Source of the DNA: an uncultured Nitrospirota bacterium
GTDB lineage: Bacteria; Nitrospirota; Nitrospiria; Nitrospirales; UBA8639
Assembly: GCA_942491685.1 (NCBI GenBank)
Contig: CALOBY010000004.1
Coordinates: forward strand, 425,965 to 489,964
DNA: 64,000 bases
Reading direction: 5' to 3'
Below the pieces are notes generated by a model. The model was given only the letters and a program-made list of their open reading frames with translations. It did no database searches and had not been told where the DNA came from. Shown one piece after another: positions 56,331 through 63,500 of the stretch. The translations under genes were made by a program, and so were the position numbers. How positions within the stretch are numbered: the first letter of the stretch is position 1; each line of letters begins with the position of its first letter.

Positions 56331-57944
56331 TTACCGTTGTGAAGGCAGTCGTCGCGTTGGTGATTTCAATCCAGTGGGTGGTTGAAGTCTTTCTCTTGTC
56401 GCATTTGGCGTCGAAATGGCTGAAGAAGTCGTAATGCCATTCGGGCTCAATTGAATAAACTGATTGCCTGATCGAAGGATCAACCGTTCCTGACCACTAG
56501 TGGCATCGAACAGGATCTCATTGGTCATTCCTGATACTGAGCGATTCTGAAAGAGTGCGTGAAACTGATTGTCTGGTAATGAAGTAGGTGGCAGGTCCTT
56601 TCCGTTCCACATGTTTCCTAAGATCACAGGACGATTGGGGTCGCCATGCTCGAAGGCCACTACCACTTCGTCGTTAATCTCTGGGATCCACATGGCGCCG
56701 GTCCCGTTCCCGGTCGCCAGCTGCGCCACTCGGACCCAGCCCGCGTCCCCTTCCGTCTGGTTGCTGAAGGCCGGGTTTCGCCAGGGGAACCGTACGCGCA
56801 CCCGACCAAATTCATCCACGTGCTTCGACTCTCCTTGTGGCCCAACCACGATTCCAGGCAGGGCGCCGGCAATCTTGGGCCGTGGCGTCCCGGGAGCCGG
56901 GCGAAAAATAATGTTAGCAGGTAGGCAGGTAAATGAATTGTGGTAGCCTTTTGGCGTACTGTGATGTTCCACACCAGTAATCACATATTCCTGATTGAAA
57001 TCCTTGCGTGGGTGTCTGGTCATTGAGAACCGGTAGCCAGCCCGCATGTGCATGTAGGTGGATGTTCCTCCACAAGATTGCCCTTCCGTGACTCGTGCTG
57101 CTAACCGTGTGGTGGCAAACTGCTGTGACTCTTGGGGTGTGTCCACTGCGGCGGGGAACACCCCTTCCACTAAATCACGAAAGAATGGAGATTGAGCCGT
57201 GGCCGTCAAATTGACATTCGGAGTTTTCCAATGGACATCTCCAGCTTGAATCCGGCCGGAATGGAGAGCCAACCCTCGCGAAAAGGACGTGATGGATGGA
57301 CCCTTGGGAGACGCAAACATCAATTGGCCTGGAGATAAAATGGGGAAGGCGGTGTTGGAATCACCTAAGACCACCTTCACATCGGGGCCGGAAGGTTCAA
57401 AATGATAGTGAATCCCTTCGTTCTCTAAAAGCCGGGAAAAGTAGGTGAAATCACTTTCCTGATATTGAATAGAAATTTCTCTAGATGAACCTGAGCCTCC
57501 GAGTCGTATTTCAAAATCCGAAATCCCGGCGTCATTCATCACGATAGTCATAATTTGTACCGCATTCATGTCGGCAAAGGTGCGACTGGTCATGCGATAG
57601 GACAGCCGTTTCAGTGGAGGCACTAAATGTAGGCGATACTGGCCTTGTCGACCTGTTGCACCAGACTGTTCGATGGTCTCGATCATGCCTTCTACCGTCC
57701 GACCTTTGGCCACTGTGAGCTTCAAGACTTGGCCTACAATATTGGCAAAGTTTAAGGCTGGATGTGGAACAGATACTTCAAGATCAAACCTAAACGGTTG
57801 TGAAATATGCTCTGTGCCGGAAAATTGCACAACGCGAGCTTGAGATAGAGCGGCCAAGTCAGAATTTGTGGCGGCCAGCACATTTAAGGGCAGGCCAAGG
57901 ACGAGGGCAGTCAGTCTCAAGATCCAGAATATTTTCGTTTTCAT
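56331..57944 (-). CDS. vgrG: VgrG-like spike hub protein (gp27-like plus gp5 OB-fold) with N-terminal signal peptide and truncated C-terminus
   Basis: GTEHISQPFRFDL, QYQESDFTYFSRLLENEGIHYHF, DEFGRVRVRFPW, WVRVAQ, PEINDEVVVAFEHGDPNRPVILG and NEILFD..SGQERL. N-terminus MKTKIFWILRLTALVLGLPLNVLA|A. Confidence 0.9.
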   Translation of the reverse strand: MKTKIFWILRLTALVLGLPLNVLAATNSDLAALSQARVVQFSGTEHISQPFRFDLEVSVPHPALNFANIVGQVLKLTVAKGRTVEGMIETIEQSGATGRQGQYRLHLVPPLKRLSYRMTSRTFADMNAVQIMTIVMNDAGISDFEIRLGGSGSSREISIQYQESDFTYFSRLLENEGIHYHFEPSGPDVKVVLGDSNTAFPILSPGQLMFASPKGPSITSFSRGLALHSGRIQAGDVHWKTPNVNLTATAQSPFFRDLVEGVFPAAVDTPQESQQFATTRLAARVTEGQSCGGTSTYMHMRAGYRFSMTRHPRKDFNQEYVITGVEHHSTPKGYHNSFTCLPANIIFRPAPGTPRPKIAGALPGIVVGPQGESKHVDEFGRVRVRFPWRNPAFSNQTEGDAGWVRVAQLATGNGTGAMWIPEINDEVVVAFEHGDPNRPVILGNMWNGKDLPPTSLPDNQFHALFQNRSVSGMTNEILFDATSGQERLILRSGNQFIQLSPNGITTSSAISTPNATRERLQPPTGLKSPTRRLPSQR

Positions 57945-58010
57945 CACAAGATTCCTTCCTAGCAAATAAAGAGAGCCTTACAGAAAATTCTAAAGCCACA
58001 ACATGGCAAC

Positions 58011-58973
58011 TTACTTATCCCAGAGGTCACACACGAACCTGGTGCTGTCGATATAAATGCCACGCTTCCCGCGAAAGGCTTTGCCGACTTTTCCGGAAGG
58101 GCAGAAAAAGTTACCTGAGGGGGAGCTACTAAAATTTCCAATTACTTTGCATCTGCCCCCGGTACAACTTACGCTTTCCGAATAAATTGTCGCTTTTTGG
58201 CTTTGATTCCATTGACTACAGAATAAAAGAATTCCATTGACGAACTGGCCGGAAAAACCCTTGACTCCCTGAACGACCTTGCCATTTTCACAACGACCAA
58301 CTTGAGCAATTCCCCCACTACCCCCAACCGGTCCTCTGGTGAATTCATTTCCCAAAGCCCCGGTTTGAGAGTTTACTTGTTGACAAATGATTCCCAGAGC
58401 ATCCAACCACATTCCGCTTTTGTAAATTCCCCCAACCATGACGGAGCCACTGCCACAATCGAGATTATACGAATAGTTACCTCCTCCCCCTCCAAAAAGG
58501 GGGGTGGAGTATTCCGTCGAGGCGGTCCTTTGGGTGGAGGAAAGCGTTTTTAGGCGTTGAATGGTGAAAAGCGAAAGAGTGCCTCTGGAGCGAATACCAC
58601 TATAGGTGCCGATCGCTTCCAACCGCTTTCCATCAGGAATCAACAAGGCAAGGTGGTAGGTGTCAGGTTGGTCTCCCTCAGCCGAAATCGCCAAAGGAGC
58701 GGTGAGCGATTCTTCATGGGTCGCCGACTGCGCTTCCAAGAGCAACGAATCCACCGCCTGTCCTTCGCTCGGGGTGACCCGCAGCCATTTGTCAGCCGCA
58801 CCCACGGCATAGGTACCGGCGTCGAGCACAATGTTGCTGCCTTCGGCATTCAGAAAATGCACCGGTTGATCCAAAGTGATGCTGGTGTCGGCTAGGGCTG
58901 TGGGAATGTCAGCCAGAAACCACGCCAGGAACGCGCTGGCCAGAGACAAGTAAAAGGGAAGTGTCTGTCGCAT
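58011..58973 (-). CDS. Secreted protein: shared N-terminal domain plus Cys-containing beta-prism (jacalin/VMO-I-like) domain
   Basis: Signal peptide, LDQPVHFL...GTYSGIRSRG, then three repeats of G.GG...C..G.V..G...G..(LD/VN/ID)...C. Confidence 0.8.
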   Translation of the reverse strand: MRQTLPFYLSLASAFLAWFLADIPTALADTSITLDQPVHFLNAEGSNIVLDAGTYAVGAADKWLRVTPSEGQAVDSLLLEAQSATHEESLTAPLAISAEGDQPDTYHLALLIPDGKRLEAIGTYSGIRSRGTLSLFTIQRLKTLSSTQRTASTEYSTPLFGGGGGNYSYNLDCGSGSVMVGGIYKSGMWLDALGIICQQVNSQTGALGNEFTRGPVGGSGGIAQVGRCENGKVVQGVKGFSGQFVNGILLFCSQWNQSQKATIYSESVSCTGGRCKVIGNFSSSPSGNFFCPSGKVGKAFRGKRGIYIDSTRFVCDLWDK

Positions 58974-59022
58974 GACATCTCCTTTGTAAAAAGAATGGAT
59001 GAGATTATTTTTGAATTGTTGG

Positions 59023-59946
59023 TTATTTCATGTTCTCAATAATCTTTCTCTGCGCATCCGAGTTTTTCTTCATGATCTGAGACATGGCTTGCTGTGCTTG
59101 AGAAAATTTGGACATGGCCGTTTGAAGTTGGAAATTCAAGTCCTTCGAGGCATTTTCTAAGGTCTGTAATTCCTGTTTCAACCGCTGCGTCAACTGTTGC
59201 CATTGGGTTTTTCGTTGTTGGTTGCGTTCCTGTGCCAACTTTTTTTGTGTGTCTTGTAAGTGTTGACGAATTTTTTGTTTTTTGGTGTTCCCGTCTTGGA
59301 TCTTTGCTCGATAGAACTGTAAATCTTTTTGAGTGGCTAAATATGATTGCCGTAAAACTTCAACCATGAGGGCATTGGCATTGAGCGAATGAGGAAGCTG
59401 ATTCTTCGATTGAGTTGGCTGTTTGCCTTGTCCCACCAGTTTATTCCATTCCTTTTGTAAGGAGGATTTCGGCGCCTTCTTTGTCAGTGATTTAGCGAAT
59501 GATTTCACCTGTTTCCTAAAGGGCGGCTTGAAGGTTTTTCTTAGATTGTGAAGGCTCATCCCACGCGTTTGAATGCCGCTATACGAGCCCATCGCCTCTA
59601 GTCCGTTATGGTCTGGAATCGCCAAAGCCAGATAGACTCCTTCGTCGGGAATCGGAATGGCCATTCCTATTGGCAACTCGACTTCGTCAGGAAACGGGGT
59701 AGGCTGCGCTTGTAGAGAAATAGATGTTTGGCCATCCTGAGCCTGGAGCCGTAACTCGTCTCCCTGTCTTTCTAGTTCGTACGTTCCGGGTGGAACCACG
59801 ACATCATTGCCTTCTGGAGTCAGGAAGTGAACCGCCTGGTCCAGCATGATCGCCATCGAAGATTCTGATGCCAGCGCCGGTAATGTTCCAAGAAGAAATG
59901 TTACGAATAAGAGTCCAAGTAATTTGATCGAGTATTTCTTCGTCAT
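59023..59946 (-). CDS. Secreted protein: shared N-terminal domain plus coiled-coil C-terminus
   Basis: GAGG RBS at ATG 59946, signal peptide, LDQAVHFL...GSYSGIQTRG, Q/K-rich coiled coil ending ...MSQIMKKNSDAQRKIIENMK. Confidence 0.8.
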   Translation of the reverse strand: MTKKYSIKLLGLLFVTFLLGTLPALASESSMAIMLDQAVHFLTPEGNDVVVPPGTYELERQGDELRLQAQDGQTSISLQAQPTPFPDEVELPIGMAIPIPDEGVYLALAIPDHNGLEAMGSYSGIQTRGMSLHNLRKTFKPPFRKQVKSFAKSLTKKAPKSSLQKEWNKLVGQGKQPTQSKNQLPHSLNANALMVEVLRQSYLATQKDLQFYRAKIQDGNTKKQKIRQHLQDTQKKLAQERNQQRKTQWQQLTQRLKQELQTLENASKDLNFQLQTAMSKFSQAQQAMSQIMKKNSDAQRKIIENMK

Positions 59947-59969
59947 GTTCTTGCCTCGCGATTTGCTGG

Positions 59970-61301
59970 TTAATATCCTATGGGGGTTGGTATTTGTCCG
60001 CCTGCGCAGGATCCGCCTATGACAGGACCTACCGGCACGAACGGGGGTGCAAAGGAGGGTACGGGCCCAGAACCCATGACGTTCATCAACTGGCATCCAC
60101 TGAGACAGGTTGCATGTCGTCCACCGATATCCGTGGCGAACCCCTGGACGGCAATCTTGGCTTCTTTGTCGCTCGATGGGACGCCTAATCGAGATAAAAC
60201 CTTTTTAGCTAAAAGGGGTGGCGTCATCGCTTTCGTTCCAGCGGAGGGCATCGACGAAAGAGGAAATGGAACGTTTGGCATGGGAGGAGCCTGTGCTCCA
60301 GGAAAGGCTGTAAATGCCGGATACATGGGAAGGCCAGGGATGATAACGTTCTTCGCCCAAAGGTTCCACGTTTCTTTGAAAGCCTGGTCCCAACCATCAG
60401 CTACGGATTTAGACGCGCCTGCCGCCTTCAACGCTTTTGATATTTTGCCCTGAAACGAGTATCGGCTTTTCAGGACACCGGGTGTTCCGATGGCCGATAC
60501 CGCCATGACCTTACAATAGTTTCTATCGATATAGGCCTGACTGAGCCAGGTTGCTGCCTCCGCTCGGGCTGCAGCAATGGCCGTTTGACTCCACAGAGTC
60601 CATTTCCCGGATCCGCCGGTCACGGTTTGTCTGGCTTTCTGAATTCCACTCTTCACATTTGATACGACCTGGCTGGTTTTTTTCTCAACGGCTTTCTTGA
60701 CTTCAAGCGCGGCTTTTCTGGAATTCTGAAGACCTTGTTTCGCGGATGATGCCGCCCTTTGGGTATGTTGTTGTGCTTGTTTTGTCGCTTTTTGTGCGGA
60801 ACTTTTGGCTTGTGAAGCGGCCTTCTTTGCCGTGGACTTGGCTTTCTTATGGGCTTGTTTAGCCTTTTTCTTCACGTTGTTCACGGCATTGTTAAAAAAT
60901 CCCCTCTGTCTAATGCCACTAAAGGTTCCTGTTGATTCCAAACTTTCACCGTTTGGCAGTAACAAAATGATGTGGTGAAGATCCTGACTATCGTCATCGG
61001 TACCTGAGACTGACAAGGCCAACGGCTCTGGTAGTTCTAGCTCATGTGTGCCTTTGTTGGCCTCAATGAGGACGGCGTCATGACGTTCACCGGACATCAG
61101 GCGAATCCATTCTTCAGCCGGCTCAATGCCATACGTACCGGCCTTGACTACTAGATCACTCCCATCGGGTGCCAAAAAATGTACAGGGATGTCCAGTTTA
61201 ATCGTGGTAAGAGGATCCCGTAATGAGGCTGCTGATTTTCCCGTGGTGCTGAACAAAGCGAACGTTACCAAAATAGTAGAAAGAAATTTGAATTTTTTCA
61301 T
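59970..61301 (-). CDS. Secreted protein: shared N-terminal domain, basic helical linker and Pro-rich unknown C-terminal domain
   Basis: GAGG RBS at ATG 61301, signal peptide, LDIPVHFL...GTFSGIRQRG, K/A/Q linker, C-terminal PGLPMYPAF...GPVPSFAPPFVPVGPVIGG. Confidence 0.8.
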   Translation of the reverse strand: MKKFKFLSTILVTFALFSTTGKSAASLRDPLTTIKLDIPVHFLAPDGSDLVVKAGTYGIEPAEEWIRLMSGERHDAVLIEANKGTHELELPEPLALSVSGTDDDSQDLHHIILLLPNGESLESTGTFSGIRQRGFFNNAVNNVKKKAKQAHKKAKSTAKKAASQAKSSAQKATKQAQQHTQRAASSAKQGLQNSRKAALEVKKAVEKKTSQVVSNVKSGIQKARQTVTGGSGKWTLWSQTAIAAARAEAATWLSQAYIDRNYCKVMAVSAIGTPGVLKSRYSFQGKISKALKAAGASKSVADGWDQAFKETWNLWAKNVIIPGLPMYPAFTAFPGAQAPPMPNVPFPLSSMPSAGTKAMTPPLLAKKVLSRLGVPSSDKEAKIAVQGFATDIGGRHATCLSGCQLMNVMGSGPVPSFAPPFVPVGPVIGGSCAGGQIPTPIGY

Positions 61302-63365
61302 GGTTGTGACCTCTTGGCTCATACGGACATAAGGATAAGGTGTGTTTCAGCGCACCGCAGCTTCTGCGAGCTGCACGACACTTTGGTTGTAACGCTCCAA
61401 GGCTTTCCGAGTATCCTCCGTATGGGTGCTGGCTAATATGACGATTTGTTGCTTAGAGGGTAAATACCGCAAAAGAGCCGACAATGGTCCCGCATGCCGT
61501 TGAATGGCCGTATACGTTCGGTTGTTTTTCAAGGCATCTTTGGCCTCATCGATGACCTTGCCGTACGCATAATGGGCTCCGGCTTTCACGCTGCCGACAA
61601 TGATATTGTTGATAGCCAATTTCCAAATGACGTCGGGTGTGATTTTTGCCAGGCCGGACACAATCCCCCCGGCTTCAGGGACGAGACCAGCCACACTCTG
61701 GACGACCGTGCCCACGGTTTGTTCCCCAAAATCCAACACTTCGACAGCAGAGCGGATGAGGAAACTCCCCCCACCTGGCAGTTCACTATCCAGATACTTT
61801 TTCCCCACGACACGAAGGATTTCCATGCCGATATCGATATAGAGGGATTCCGTCCAAGGAGTATTAGGATCCAGCGCGGTTCTGACGGCATTGAGGGCCT
61901 GCCCCCGCTGAGAGGGGTTATTCAACGTTTTAGTGAGGTGTTCAATTTGACTGGCGGCCGCATAGAGATCGCGTGGGTTCAATAACTGGTCTGCCAGGAC
62001 CGCGTTCTTAATGTCAAGGATATCCCCCAACCCTGGAACCACATCACCGAGCAAGGCTTTTGTATCATCTTGCGTGAATCCTCGACTGATAATAGGGCTC
62101 TTGGAAAAGAAACGATCGTCGGAAAAATACTGTTGGGGATTAATGCCTCTTGACTGAATTTTTGCTTGGGCAATTTCTTGAGGCGTCAGGGAAAGGACAG
62201 CTGCCATTAGATCGCCAAGCTGCTTGCTTAAACTGCCAAACAAAATGGGGGCCACTTGATTGTCAAAGATACGTTTCCCTTGGGTGATGGTGGTCTGCTG
62301 GATCTGACCAGATTTTCTCTGAAAGGCCTGGAGATGTGGACGGACAAACTGCATCAGACATCGCCCCCCGGGGCCCTTTTGTGCGATTTTTTCAATGGAC
62401 CGAAAAGCCATGGCGATGACCTGCGGGCCTTGTGGTGCTGAACGAGACGGGTTCCGAATGAACTGCAGTTGTTCCGACATGATGTCGCTAAAACTCTGCT
62501 CCCATTGCTGCATGATGTCCTGGAAGAGTTGGTTCGCAAATTCTGGAGGATTGCTCGTGAATTGTTGAACCATCTGTGGAATGTTGGCCGAGGGTTTTCC
62601 CGATGACTGGGCCAGGCAGGCAAATAAGGGTTCCAAACTGAGTTTTCTAACGGCTTCTAGCGTTTGGATTTCACTTTGGAGTGTGGCGACCAGGGGATTA
62701 TTTTTGATTTGATTCATCCCTGCCTGGGCACTGCTTTGGACATTTCCTGCCACCTGCTTGGCGGTATTCTCCACTTGACGCTTAGCGTGAAGGGCCGCGT
62801 TTCTGGCTGTTTGAAATCCAGCTTTTGCTGTTGAAACTGCCTGCTGCGTTCCTTTTCGTACTTGTTTCTGTGCGTTTCGTGCAGCTTTTTGTGCTTGAGA
62901 GGCCGCCTTCTGTGTTTCTTGCTGAGCGTGTTTCGTTGCCTTTTGTGCGGTGCTTTGGGCCTGAGAAACAGTTTTCCTGGCTGTAGATCGGGCTTTCTTA
63001 TAGGCTTGATTCGTCTGTTTTTTAACGTTATTGATGGCCTGGTCAAAGAACCCCCGAGGTCGGATCCCACTGTAAGTCCCCGTTGATTCTAAGCTCTTAC
63101 CGTTTGGGAGTAAGAGGATGAGGTGATGGCGGTCTCGGCTATCATCTTGAGTATCTGCCACTGACAAGACGAGTGCATCTGGGAGCTCTAACTCATGTTT
63201 GCCGGCCTTAGTTTCAATGAGGAAGGATTCATGACGAATCCCTGGTACCAACCGAAGCCAATCTTCTGCAGCTTCAACCGTATAGGTTCCTGTTGGGATG
63301 ACCTGAGAACTGCCATCTGCCCCAATAAAATGGATCGGTTTGTCAATAGTGATTGACGTCAGTGG
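60600..63365 (-). repeat. Paralogous duplicated segment (shared domain plus K/A/Q linker) in genes 59970-61301 and 61347-63455
   Basis: The two N-terminal domains are 66/106 identical by hand alignment. The linkers align (FF.NA.NNVKK...QA.KKA.STA.K..SQA.S.AQKATK.AQQ.TQ.AAS), and DNA similarity is visible between ~60780-61070 and ~62930-63230. Confidence 0.85.
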
Positions 63366-63455
63366 ATCGGTGATTGTTGCCAAACATACGCCCGATAACA
63401 TCAAGGCTGAGACCAGAGAACACAAGAATGTATAAATCCACTGAGATCGCTTCAT
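61347..63455 (-). CDS. Secreted protein: shared N-terminal domain, basic helical linker and large helical C-terminal domain
   Basis: AGAGGAG RBS, signal peptide, IDKPIHFI...GTYSGIRPRG, K/A/Q linker, then about 470 aa of mostly helical sequence. Confidence 0.82.
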   Translation of the reverse strand: MKRSQWIYTFLCSLVSALMLSGVCLATITDPLTSITIDKPIHFIGADGSSQVIPTGTYTVEAAEDWLRLVPGIRHESFLIETKAGKHELELPDALVLSVADTQDDSRDRHHLILLLPNGKSLESTGTYSGIRPRGFFDQAINNVKKQTNQAYKKARSTARKTVSQAQSTAQKATKHAQQETQKAASQAQKAARNAQKQVRKGTQQAVSTAKAGFQTARNAALHAKRQVENTAKQVAGNVQSSAQAGMNQIKNNPLVATLQSEIQTLEAVRKLSLEPLFACLAQSSGKPSANIPQMVQQFTSNPPEFANQLFQDIMQQWEQSFSDIMSEQLQFIRNPSRSAPQGPQVIAMAFRSIEKIAQKGPGGRCLMQFVRPHLQAFQRKSGQIQQTTITQGKRIFDNQVAPILFGSLSKQLGDLMAAVLSLTPQEIAQAKIQSRGINPQQYFSDDRFFSKSPIISRGFTQDDTKALLGDVVPGLGDILDIKNAVLADQLLNPRDLYAAASQIEHLTKTLNNPSQRGQALNAVRTALDPNTPWTESLYIDIGMEILRVVGKKYLDSELPGGGSFLIRSAVEVLDFGEQTVGTVVQSVAGLVPEAGGIVSGLAKITPDVIWKLAINNIIVGSVKAGAHYAYGKVIDEAKDALKNNRTYTAIQRHAGPLSALLRYLPSKQQIVILASTHTEDTRKALERYNQSVVQLAEAAVR

Positions 63456-63500
63456 GATAGTCCGACTCCTCTTTTTTGGATTTAGGAAAAAGGGGGATTC

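Noticed and set aside
59947-60096. 50-aa N-terminal extension of ORF 59023-60096
   Set aside because: It overlaps the upstream gene's 3' end; the RBS and signal peptide fit ATG 59946.
61494-63086. Several plus-strand ORFs (61494-61985, 62862-63086 etc.) as possible antisense immunity genes
   Set aside because: They lie fully antisense to the 702-aa gene, lack RBSs and look like codon-shadow ORFs.
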